IMG/VR virus record: IMGVR_UViG_3300049437_000095
Location: 1 to 30,130 of that record
Length of the DNA: 30,130 nucleotides
DNA from: a virus
Taxonomy: Duplodnaviria; Caudoviricetes
Direction: 5' to 3' (one strand)
Shown here: positions 1 through 8,116 of the stretch, one piece after another
Layout: each line of letters begins with the position of its first letter
Position numbering within the stretch: position 1 is the first letter of the stretch
Notes under the pieces: model-generated
What the model saw: the letters and a program-made list of their open reading frames with translations, nothing else
Database searches by the model: none
Told to the model about the DNA's origin: nothing
Translations under genes and position numbers: made by a program

Positions 1-1
1 A

Positions 2-736
2 GCTCTCTTGGATCGAATCATCTCTGCGAGTTCAAACGAGGGCGATCTGGTTGCCGATTTCTTCTGCGGATGCGGAACGACGATTGCGTCAGCCGAGAGA
101 CTTAATCGTAGTTGGATCGGTGTGGACATTTCACACCTCGCGATTCGGCTCATCGTCGATCGATTGACAAAGCCGTACCCAGACAAGGCGAAGCAGCAGA
201 GAATTCGTGAGTCGATCGAGATCTCCGGCCTACCGAAAGACATAGCCTCAGCAAAGGAGCTTGCCCGAGGTACGGAGGGCGGCCGGCTTGCTTTTCAGGA
301 CTGGGTGATTGAAGTTCTGCTCGGGGGGGTTTCAAACACGAAGAAGACCGCTGATGGAGGTTTCGACGGCTATATGACCTTCAGCATCTCAGAGAAGGTG
401 AGGGAGCTTGTCCTGATCGAGGTGAAGTCGGGAAACGTAAACGTGAAGAACATTCGCGAGTTCATTGAAGTCGTCGAGGCTCGAAAAGCTGCAATCGGTG
501 TATTCGTGTGCTTCGATGAACAGGTCACGAAGCCCATGCTTCACGAGGCGAAGAAGCAGGGCTACTACGACGAAGCTACCTGGGGGCAGTCTTTCGATAA
601 AATCCAGATTATTACCGTGGAGGATCTACTGGCTGGCGAAGGGCTGAGAGCTCCGGAATCTACCCGGACAACTTTCAAGGCTGCTAAATTGAAGCCTACA
701 AAATCGAGCCCAGGTAACTCACTGTTCGATAAATAG
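2..736 (+). CDS. DNA methyltransferase (N4/N6 type) fused to a C-terminal Mrr-like PD-(D/E)xK endonuclease domain; 5'-truncated by the window edge
   Basis: Frame is open from base 2 (A-L-L-D-R-I-I). SAM-binding motif DFFCGCGTT followed by WIGVDIS. C-terminal DGGFDG...LIEVKSG nuclease motif. Confidence 0.85.
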   Translation, partial: ALLDRIISASSNEGDLVADFFCGCGTTIASAERLNRSWIGVDISHLAIRLIVDRLTKPYPDKAKQQRIRESIEISGLPKDIASAKELARGTEGGRLAFQDWVIEVLLGGVSNTKKTADGGFDGYMTFSISEKVRELVLIEVKSGNVNVKNIREFIEVVEARKAAIGVFVCFDEQVTKPMLHEAKKQGYYDEATWGQSFDKIQIITVEDLLAGEGLRAPESTRTTFKAAKLKPTKSSPGNSLFDK

Positions 737-782
737 GGATCTCCCCAATAATCATACAAGCATCCCCGCCACCGTACATCAA

Positions 783-1028
783 ATGAATCCCCAGGAGAAA
801 TCCATGCATCATACGGTAGTTACGATCGACCTGAGTAATCTCGAAAAGATGTTCGCCGAACTTTGGGCTCACACCTTGGCTGTATACGAAATCTCATCCA
901 AGACATACTCGGATGCCACTGGAATTCCGCTAGACGAAGTACAGAAGAAATTCGACGAACGGTATACCGAAATTTTGGCACAAATCAATCAAAGGTTCGA
1001 TCTGGAGTCTGAGATTCGTCCGGAGTGA
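783..1028 (+). CDS. hypothetical protein (81 aa)
   Basis: ATG ORF directly downstream of the MTase with natural helical composition; no recognisable motif. Confidence 0.55.
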   Translation: MNPQEKSMHHTVVTIDLSNLEKMFAELWAHTLAVYEISSKTYSDATGIPLDEVQKKFDERYTEILAQINQRFDLESEIRPE

Positions 1029-1029
1029 A

Positions 1030-1301
1030 TCACGATACCCGCATCGTCCCACTAAGCCGAGGGGACGAAAATCTTCTCGGAGTACGACGGTATCACGTCG
1101 TGTGTCAGGGTTGATACCCTTGGCTAATGGGTTTGATCTGGGGCATCCACGACAATTCACAGGCAACTGTGGAATTGTAGACAAGCAACGGGTCGATCCC
1201 GCAACATTCCGACGGTGTAACGTTCACCGCCAGAAGCGTGGTAGCAACGCCACGATAAATATGGCCAGCCCACTAACGGTCTGGTGCGCATCGGACCTTT
1301 T
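1030..1301 (+). ncRNA. putative structured RNA / long structured leader
   Basis: Hairpins at 1044-1068, 1084-1101, 1107-1120, 1152-1178 (GCAA tetraloop), 1213-1229, 1237-1254 and 1278-1297 (followed by TTTT); complementary loop segments. Confidence 0.35.
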
Positions 1302-1315
1302 CGTGGAGTAATCCA

Positions 1316-1408
1316 ATGAAGAGGTTTGAAACCAAGGTCGAGGTGAAGATTGATGTGGCGAAAGTCCTATGGGCAATCGCCGCCATCATTGCCATCGCCC
1401 TACGTTAG
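1316..1408 (+). CDS. 30-aa membrane peptide MKRFETKVEVKIDVAKVLWAIAAIIAIALR (type I toxin-like); below the ORF track cutoff
   Basis: GGAG RBS upstream of ATG 1316; TAG at 1406-1408; charged N-half and hydrophobic C-half; hairpin immediately downstream. Confidence 0.6.
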   Translation: MKRFETKVEVKIDVAKVLWAIAAIIAIALR

Positions 1409-1410
1409 CC

Positions 1411-1446
1411 GGAGTCGGGTGGGTTTCGACTCACCCCCTCCGCTTT
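1411..1446 (+). terminator. hairpin (possible terminator) after the 30-aa ORF
   Basis: GGGTGGGT-TTCG-ACTCACCC stem with outer GGAG/CTCC pairing; only a short T run follows. Confidence 0.45.
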
Positions 1447-1505
1447 GAAAAATGGTACACAACAATTCTCAGCGGAACCATCTTATTGGAAAATTGGGAG
1501 GAACC

Positions 1506-1736
1506 ATGGAAACACCGAAATCGATCCGCCAGTGGATCAAGATGACACGAACAACAACAAGCATTGCGTGGGACTACAAGGAAAAGAAGCTGCACGTGCT
1601 CATCGTCAGGCACTCGCCTGAGACGGTTAGCGTCTTCTACAATTTCGATGGCGGGTCAGAGTATCAGACAATCTGCAGCCGGGCATCGAACGACTGGGCG
1701 TCGACTCATTGGAGGAAGTTCGTTGAGCGAAATTGA
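1506..1736 (+). CDS. hypothetical protein (76 aa, METPKSIRQW...)
   Basis: GGAGG RBS just upstream of ATG 1506, which is a better start than 1452. Confidence 0.5.
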   Translation: METPKSIRQWIKMTRTTTSIAWDYKEKKLHVLIVRHSPETVSVFYNFDGGSEYQTICSRASNDWASTHWRKFVERN

Positions 1737-1772
1737 CCATTCGACAACCACATATTCTCAGGAGCCCTCTTT

Positions 1773-2411
1773 ATGCAGTGTCCACATTGTTTGGTAGCGT
1801 TCTTCGTGAATTGGAGCGGCTTCGCTTTGGGGAACGACACTCAGTTTACCTTCCAAGAGAGACACACGCTGTGTCCGACTTGCAGACAACTGATAATTCA
1901 GATCACGAGGAGCGATCTGTCAAACCCAAAATTAATAAGGGCGTTGGATCTGGTCTACCCGAAAGGTATTTCCCGAACTCCGATATCACCGGAGGTACCT
2001 TTGGAGTTTGCTCAAGACTACAAAGAGGCTTGTTTGGTGTTGCCAGATAGCGCCAAAGCGAGCGCTGCTTTGAGCCGGCGATGTTTGCAACACTTACTCA
2101 GAGCAAAGGCCGGCGTTAAACCGAGCAACCTCAACAGGGAAATCCAGGATCTGATTGAATCAAAGCAGTTGCCTTCCACACTCTCCGAACCGGTGGATGC
2201 CATCAGAAACATTGGGAATTTCGCTGCTCATCCGATGAAGAGTACAAACACAGGGGAGATACTGGAGGTTGAACCAGGTGAGGCTGAGTGGCTGTTGGAC
2301 ATACTGGAAGGGCTATTTGACTTCTACTTCGTTCAACCAGCTTTGCTGAATAGGAAGAAAGACGAACTGAACAAGAAACTCGCAAGTGCGGGAAAACCGC
2401 CGATGAAATAA
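1773..2411 (+). CDS. DUF4145 (HEPN-like) domain protein with N-terminal zinc ribbon
   Basis: CPHC...CPTC; ASAALSRRCLQHLLR; IRNIGNFAAH (R-x-x-GN-x-A-A-H) signature. Confidence 0.85.
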   Translation: MQCPHCLVAFFVNWSGFALGNDTQFTFQERHTLCPTCRQLIIQITRSDLSNPKLIRALDLVYPKGISRTPISPEVPLEFAQDYKEACLVLPDSAKASAALSRRCLQHLLRAKAGVKPSNLNREIQDLIESKQLPSTLSEPVDAIRNIGNFAAHPMKSTNTGEILEVEPGEAEWLLDILEGLFDFYFVQPALLNRKKDELNKKLASAGKPPMK

Positions 2412-2437
2412 TCTCGACAGTTTATTCCCGTGCCGAT

Positions 2438-3472
2438 CTAAGGTTGTGGAATAGGAATTTGTTGAGGAGGGATGGGAATTTGGACTTGACGGATGTAACG
2501 TTTCCCCCGGCTATTCATGATCACTTTAAAAGCACCGGAACGTTGGAATGTTTGCAACAAGCAAAAATAAATACCCATAACCCCATTATAAAGCACGACG
2601 TCGTCATCGAGCTTTTTCACTCGCATCAAACCCTTCAAATTCTTGTCGATTTCGATGAGTCCAATCTTTCTGCCATGAGACTTTAAGAGTTTGTGGTTTG
2701 CAAAGAAATTTACAACCCGCCTAGCCCTATTCACTCTGTCTCTTTTTTTCCCCAAGCCCTTGAACATGTATTCCACAAGCCAGTTCCGGACCATGGTCTT
2801 TGAAAGCGCGATCGCATTCTTGCAATCCTGATAGAGTGATGGGCCATACATGGGTAGAATGGGAATCCAAGCCGGCAGCTTGTTCGGATTTGCGGCGAGC
2901 TCTTTTTGTGCAACTTCAAATTGGTCGATAATCGCCTGCGCTGCCGATTGGTACACGCCCCCATCTTTTCGCAAAACCATTTGTGGATCTATTGGACCAA
3001 GCTCGGCGCTGGTTGCCAAATAGATTTCATCGCCTGCAAGCGCCAACATTGTAGCGGCACTCTTGGCGACGCATGGAATAAATATCCGAATATCATTGAA
3101 TTTTTGCCTCAGAATCGCAACGATGGATTCGGTTGCGTCGAGCGATCCACCAGGGCTATGCAAGATCAAATCAAGTGGTCCATCCGGCAGCGTCCGAGTC
3201 GCCTCAACAATTCCGTCTTTATCAGACAGGGTAATTGAAATTTCGTTTCCAGCAACGGCGGCCTTTCTGCCGTCAAAAAAGTCGACTGCGTATATGAGAA
3301 GCGGCCGATTGGTATGCTGAACGAACTGCTGGATATACTTGTCGGTGATCGCATCAAGATTGAGATGGACCACGCTTTTACCGGATTGTTTGGCCTCCTC
3401 CTGGGCTACCCTTATCGCCTCGTTGAATTCCTCAAGGATCTTGCCAAACGAATTTTCCGCAACATCGGGCAA
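2438..3472 (-). CDS. SDH-family ClpP-fold serine protease
   Basis: DLILHSPGGS; AKSAATMLAL (Ser), ELGPIDPQ (Asp), KSHGRKI (His). Confidence 0.85.
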   Translation of the reverse strand: MPDVAENSFGKILEEFNEAIRVAQEEAKQSGKSVVHLNLDAITDKYIQQFVQHTNRPLLIYAVDFFDGRKAAVAGNEISITLSDKDGIVEATRTLPDGPLDLILHSPGGSLDATESIVAILRQKFNDIRIFIPCVAKSAATMLALAGDEIYLATSAELGPIDPQMVLRKDGGVYQSAAQAIIDQFEVAQKELAANPNKLPAWIPILPMYGPSLYQDCKNAIALSKTMVRNWLVEYMFKGLGKKRDRVNRARRVVNFFANHKLLKSHGRKIGLIEIDKNLKGLMRVKKLDDDVVLYNGVMGIYFCLLQTFQRSGAFKVIMNSRGKRYIRQVQIPIPPQQIPIPQP

Positions 3473-3473
3473 A

Positions 3474-3662
3474 TCACACCTCCAATTCGATTGTCACCTC
3501 ATTTGATGTTGTCGGCCTTGGTTCCACCGATTGCATCGCCTTAGCGTATTGTTCGGCGGAAATGCCAAATAGACCGAGAGCATCTTTGATCTTCTGATTC
3601 GAAGCCAGGAACTCCTTGATCTCCTTCTTCATGATCGGGCTTTCGGTGGCAGGGTTTTTCAT
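3474..3662 (-). CDS. small hypothetical protein (62 aa) coupled to the SDH protease
   Basis: GGAGAAGGA RBS upstream; ends 1 nt before the protease start, and its last codons provide GGAGG for the protease. Confidence 0.7.
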   Translation of the reverse strand: MKNPATESPIMKKEIKEFLASNQKIKDALGLFGISAEQYAKAMQSVEPRPTTSNEVTIELEV

Positions 3663-3864
3663 GGTGATTTATCCTTCTCCTAGTTTGCAAAAAAATCTAC
3701 GGGGGTGAGTTCTTAAGAACAATAGCGTACATGCCCGCGCGCCCTTCGTCAGGTCGGCGAAAATTAAAATCTCTTTGAAAAAAATGTTCTCCGAAATATA
3801 ATAACGGCCACCGTTGGAAGATAGTGCCGCCGCGCTTTCGAGTGACTGGGGAAATTGGTAAGTA

Positions 3865-3893
3865 ATGATACGGATTTCATGGGTCGCTGTCAA
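3865..3893 (-). promoter_or_regulatory. sigma70-type promoter TTGACA-17-TATCAT
   Basis: -35 at 3893-3888, -10 at 3870-3865, exact 17-nt spacer. Confidence 0.7.
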
Positions 3894-3962
3894 GTAGACC
3901 TAAACCAAATATTCAACAGTGTCCGCTTATCCCTTCATTTTAAATGGTCTAATCGCGCCCTA

Positions 3963-3991
3963 AGTATATATAAATATTTTGAGGTTGTCAA
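3963..3991 (-). promoter_or_regulatory. sigma70-type promoter TTGACA-17-TATACT
   Basis: -35 at 3991-3986, -10 at 3968-3963, exact 17-nt AT-rich spacer. Confidence 0.75.
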
Positions 3992-4036
3992 GGGATCTCG
4001 TGGGGAGCATCAATTCCATGCATTCGCGCGTAACCC

Positions 4037-4402
4037 TCACAGGCATCCCCTCAATATCTCTGCGAGAATCGTCGCCCCTCCCCCAATTGCTATCCACATC
4101 GCGTTCTTCGTCAATTGCCCCAGAGGCCGCTTTCCACCAAGCAGATCGGTCAGATCCTGATGCAGTGACCGGAGCGCGATCTCCTTTTTCAATGCGGCTT
4201 TCTCGTCGGATGACGGCATCGATATGATCCGCAAGCGAAACGCCTCGATCTCATCGCGGTATTCCTTCAGCCTCGCCTCGTCCACCGTTTCAACTTTCAT
4301 TGCCGACTGAATCGGCTTCAGGTCCGGTTTGATTGGATTGGTCTGAAGATCATTGATGCTCGGAATTGGTCTCTCGCTCACCGGGTCCTCGTTGTCAGGC
4401 AT
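4037..4402 (-). CDS. hypothetical membrane-anchored protein (121 aa), last gene of the late operon, possibly lysis accessory
   Basis: AAGGGGAG RBS before ATG 4402; overlaps the DUF5675 stop; coiled-coil plus C-terminal hydrophobic segment. Confidence 0.65.
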   Translation of the reverse strand: MPDNEDPVSERPIPSINDLQTNPIKPDLKPIQSAMKVETVDEARLKEYRDEIEAFRLRIISMPSSDEKAALKKEIALRSLHQDLTDLLGGKRPLGQLTKNAMWIAIGGGATILAEILRGCL

Positions 4403-4838
4403 GGTAGTGCTCCCCTTTCGTGATGTTGATCCACACTTCCTGACCACTCTTTATCGCCAGCTCGATCTTTCCGATGAGAACGGGCATGAGCTTCAATCCC
4501 CCGGAGATCGTGATGTTGTCACCCTTCCGGACTGCGAACTTCCCGACCAGTGGACATCCCTCGGTGTGTTCAACCGTTACTCCGCTGTGGATACGCACAC
4601 CTGTGAATGCCGGCACGTTGAGGATCTCCGGTAATACTCGCTTGAACTTCGGCGACTCTGATAGGATGACCCGGTATCGGCCGTACGGAATGGCAGTTTG
4701 CTTCGGGATCTTCACCTTGAAGATATCGCCCTCCCTCGTGGTGTCTTCGAGCATGACGGAGAAGTACTGATTGTCGATGAAGAAGTCGCTCTGCGTGCAG
4801 ATGGGCGTGAAGGTATGTCGAACGGTCAGAAGATCCAT
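4395..4838 (-). CDS. DUF5675 family protein (putative endolysin, L,D-transpeptidase-like His/Cys motif)
   Basis: MLED...TAIPYGRY...SPKF...LNVPAFTGVRIHSG...TEGCPLVG pattern. Confidence 0.8.
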   Translation of the reverse strand: MDLLTVRHTFTPICTQSDFFIDNQYFSVMLEDTTREGDIFKVKIPKQTAIPYGRYRVILSESPKFKRVLPEILNVPAFTGVRIHSGVTVEHTEGCPLVGKFAVRKGDNITISGGLKLMPVLIGKIELAIKSGQEVWINITKGEHYHA

Positions 4839-4852
4839 GTTCAGATTGTCGT

Positions 4853-5176
4853 CTATGCAGGTTTTGCTTCGTTCAACGCGGTTGTCAGATGATACCACTT
4901 ACTACCCGAAACGCGATCGGCAGATCGGAGCTTCTCAAGCCCATCTTTGATGAAATCGAGTTCTGCTTTTTCGATCTCCATCGTGCCGGGTCCAGGCTGC
5001 TCCTCGATCTTCTTCTTGACGGAGTATGCAATCGTGGTTTCCGCATTCGTTCGTTGTGGAGTGTTCTCCACGATCAAGTCCATGAGCTGGAGAACGACGT
5101 TCTTCTCGACGATGGTGTTTCTGTCGACATCCTTCACGGGCATAGTTTCATCAGGTACTGCCAAGGTATACTTCAT
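4853..5176 (-). CDS. hypothetical phage protein, possibly tail fibre chaperone
   Basis: AGGAGA RBS; small helical protein directly after the fibre gene. Confidence 0.6.
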   Translation of the reverse strand: MKYTLAVPDETMPVKDVDRNTIVEKNVVLQLMDLIVENTPQRTNAETTIAYSVKKKIEEQPGPGTMEIEKAELDFIKDGLEKLRSADRVSGSKWYHLTTALNEAKPA

Positions 5177-5197
5177 GCTTTCTCCTGTGATTGGTGG

Positions 5198-7231
5198 TTA
5201 TGTAAGGGCTACGGTCTTCTTCCACGCGCCGTTGTAGACGTAGATTTGGTTGTTCGTGCTATCGTAAACGACGGCGACGGTCCCGGTGTGTGCTGCCGGC
5301 GTCCCCGACGGAGCTCCGGCACACGACGGGATGTACAAGAAACCTTCTGTCGCATTCGTCGCCAGTGCCGCCGATCCGATGACAAGCCCGCCGATGATCC
5401 TGGCTCCCGCCCTTGCCGTGATCGTTGCGTTCGTTCCCGCTGTCGGCGCACCTCCGATCTCCAGCGTGAATGCCAAAGAAACCGTGGATGCCCCCACAAA
5501 CGAATACGTCGGGGGCTGAATCCTGAAAGCACGCTGAAGCGCGAGAGCGCCAGTCGCATGCTGAAGTGTGCGCGCAAGATTGAAGTTCACATCAGTTGTT
5601 TCTGTGCTCGCCGTTTGCGATGTGTGGGCGGCGGCAGTGAACAGCCATCCTCCGGCGACGCCTGAGCTTCTCACCCCCTGAGTGAATGTGAAGCCATGCC
5701 GCCCGTCGTATATTCTGAATGCTTCAGCCCATGAAGCCCCACCGTAAAGAGAAAACACAAGGTCGTCGCCGATCGCCACTCCCGGCACACTCATACCGAT
5801 TGCGCATGCCTTCGATGGCGTCGAGTCCTTCCAAAGCTGAATATCTGTGAATCCGGTTGCTCCGGGCAGACACACCATTTCGTCATAGCAGCTCACTCCG
5901 TGATTCGTACTGGTGTGCGTTGCTCCACCAAACGTCCCCTGTCCCGTTGTGCTTATCCCGCCCACTCCGTCAAAGTCTAAAAGATACCCCGCTCGAGGCG
6001 ACGTGCCACCAAGTCCGAGGCGATAATTTAATACCCAATCCCCATCTGCCTCGATTATGTTTGTGTCTCCAAGCGTCCCGGTCCAGAAATGGAAACCCGC
6101 TGCACTTGCGTAGAACGCCCACCTGTCTCCTGCTGTCGCAGAGGCGAGATTCGTGACGGTCCGCTTGAAAATGTTGAGTGAACTGTTCGGCCCGCAGACG
6201 CTGATGTTTCCCTCGTAACCGAGCGCGGGATTTGTCAGTCCCGAAACGGCGAGACTCGATACAATGGTTTCTCCTTTGATGAATGTCCGGACGGACGGCG
6301 CCGTCTCTCCGAATCCCACCCTATCGTTTGCGTGATCGTAAAGAGACGAGGCTCCCAGGTATATCTTTCCCTTGGTAGCGTGCGACGTGGAATACAAATA
6401 CAAATTCCCTCCGCTCGACGTGCTACCCGTTATCGACGGCGATCTGAGACCTCCACCCGCCAGAAATTCTGCGACGGCGACATATCCTCCGCCATCGTTG
6501 TATCGGTATCGCAGTCCGGTTGTAGAATCAGGCATGTCAATTCTGAAACTTGTTCCATCTGGATCATAATAAATGTCCAGGTATCCACCCGAATCGACGA
6601 ACACGGAATTGAAAACGGTGTCGGCGCTTGCCCCGTACTTCTGCGAGAAGGTGGTCCAATCCGTTCCATCCAGGTATCCGCTTATCCCGGACGCTGCTTT
6701 TGGGATCGATATCGTATTCACCGCCCTGCTCAGCGGACTGCTGAATGTCAGCGCGGCCTCCTTTGCGTTCCATGTCGCTGCTGAAGCGATGCGTCCGTCT
6801 GCCAGCGTTCCGGTCCATCCCAGCGCGAAGGTGTGAGCGGTCCCGCTGCTGGTGATTGTCAGCGTGACGTTTGTATCGTCAGTCTTGGCAAAGGTCTGCG
6901 GATCTGTCGTTAGCCCGTTCAATGAGGTCAGACCGCTTCCACCGCCGCCGGTTGAAGAAATAATGATGCTGCTTCCGGAGTGTTCGATCGTGACATTTGT
7001 TCCTGCCACAACTTGCTTCCATTCGTAACCTTCGCCAATCTTGTTCATTCCGAGAAGCTCATTGTCATGCCCGGTCGTGTTCATTATAGGAGCAGACTCC
7101 AATTGCGAGATCCGGTAGTCGAGGCCGTTCTGCCCCACCGCCACCTCGAGCATTCCAATCCGAATTTCGGCCTCCTTCAGGTCGAAGCTGTTGGATCCAT
7201 TGAGAAGCCGATGTCGATCCAGCTCGTTCAC
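5198..7231 (-). CDS. tail fibre / receptor-binding protein (677 aa)
   Basis: G/S/T-rich; fibre motifs SGYLDGTDWTTF, RVGFGETAP and C-terminal GFLYIPSCAGAPSGTP...YDSTNNQIYVYNGAW; position at the end of the tail module. Confidence 0.8.
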   Translation of the reverse strand: MNELDRHRLLNGSNSFDLKEAEIRIGMLEVAVGQNGLDYRISQLESAPIMNTTGHDNELLGMNKIGEGYEWKQVVAGTNVTIEHSGSSIIISSTGGGGSGLTSLNGLTTDPQTFAKTDDTNVTLTITSSGTAHTFALGWTGTLADGRIASAATWNAKEAALTFSSPLSRAVNTISIPKAASGISGYLDGTDWTTFSQKYGASADTVFNSVFVDSGGYLDIYYDPDGTSFRIDMPDSTTGLRYRYNDGGGYVAVAEFLAGGGLRSPSITGSTSSGGNLYLYSTSHATKGKIYLGASSLYDHANDRVGFGETAPSVRTFIKGETIVSSLAVSGLTNPALGYEGNISVCGPNSSLNIFKRTVTNLASATAGDRWAFYASAAGFHFWTGTLGDTNIIEADGDWVLNYRLGLGGTSPRAGYLLDFDGVGGISTTGQGTFGGATHTSTNHGVSCYDEMVCLPGATGFTDIQLWKDSTPSKACAIGMSVPGVAIGDDLVFSLYGGASWAEAFRIYDGRHGFTFTQGVRSSGVAGGWLFTAAAHTSQTASTETTDVNFNLARTLQHATGALALQRAFRIQPPTYSFVGASTVSLAFTLEIGGAPTAGTNATITARAGARIIGGLVIGSAALATNATEGFLYIPSCAGAPSGTPAAHTGTVAVVYDSTNNQIYVYNGAWKKTVALT

Positions 7232-7232
7232 G

Positions 7233-8105
7233 TTATGGATAGACCCTGATCATCAGGACCTGATCAGCCATCACAGTGTCGGACGCGGCATCAGTATCAC
7301 CCCGGAAGGTATAGAGATTGATGACCGTCGTCGAAATCCGGACGCCAACGAGGATCCCGTGTCCGTACGACGCATGCTGGCAAGGGTGCGGCATGATGAC
7401 CGTCTTATTTGCCGCAAAGATCGCAGCGCTCGCCGTGAGTGTGTACGTCCCCGTTCCAGTGCGTGCGAATGTGTACGTGATTGGTGACCCGTAATAGTTG
7501 TCGGTTACCGTGACTGCGACCGGAGCTCCTGTGCCCGCCTGGTTGAGAAGGAAGATAATTTCCTGATACTGCAGCTTTGCCGGCGTGACGGACTGCGCCC
7601 CGAGCTTTGCGGCCGTGATTCCGGCGTCCGGGACCTCCAGCTCGTTGCCTGCATTCAGGTTGATCGATGTGCCGTCAACAATCTTCCCTGATCCGGATCC
7701 GAGAAGCGCTCCCGCCCGGATGCCATTCGCTTTGACTCGCAGGAATTTCGATCCGGTCGCCGCTGAAACCTCCAGCGTCACATTGTCCACCACGTTCGCG
7801 TTCAACTTCGCGCCGGTGGTGCCGTCGTCCTTTTGCCGGATCTGCTTCGCGCCGGTTGCCGCTGTCGTCTCGAGCGTGGAGTTGTCAACAACCCGGTCCG
7901 CTCCGGATCCTCCGGTCAGGTTCGCTCCCTTGATCACGTCGTTCTTGTGAGTCCCGTTTGCGTTGTGTTCTGCGCCGACGGCAGCATCGATCTTGAGGAA
8001 GTTGCCGTTGAGTCCTGTGTTGTCAACCGACTGGCTTCCCGCACCGGGGTTCTCACCGTCCGTCCAGGTCCCCAACCCCAAATTTGTCGTAGCTACGCGT
8101 GACAT
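7233..8105 (-). CDS. tail fibre-like protein (290 aa) with internal repeats
   Basis: AAGGAG RBS before ATG 8105 (MSRVATTNLGL...); NFLKIDAA N-terminal fibre motif; VVDNxTLE repeats; ITAAKL motifs. Confidence 0.75.
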   Translation of the reverse strand: MSRVATTNLGLGTWTDGENPGAGSQSVDNTGLNGNFLKIDAAVGAEHNANGTHKNDVIKGANLTGGSGADRVVDNSTLETTAATGAKQIRQKDDGTTGAKLNANVVDNVTLEVSAATGSKFLRVKANGIRAGALLGSGSGKIVDGTSINLNAGNELEVPDAGITAAKLGAQSVTPAKLQYQEIIFLLNQAGTGAPVAVTVTDNYYGSPITYTFARTGTGTYTLTASAAIFAANKTVIMPHPCQHASYGHGILVGVRISTTVINLYTFRGDTDAASDTVMADQVLMIRVYP

Positions 8106-8116
8106 TCTGATTCTCC

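Noticed and set aside
1044-1080. Hammerhead-like stem followed by GAAA
   Set aside because: The CUGAnGA core is absent on both strands.
5198-8105. Diversity-generating retroelement acting on the fibres
   Set aside because: No reverse transcriptase and no TR/VR repeat pair visible in the window.
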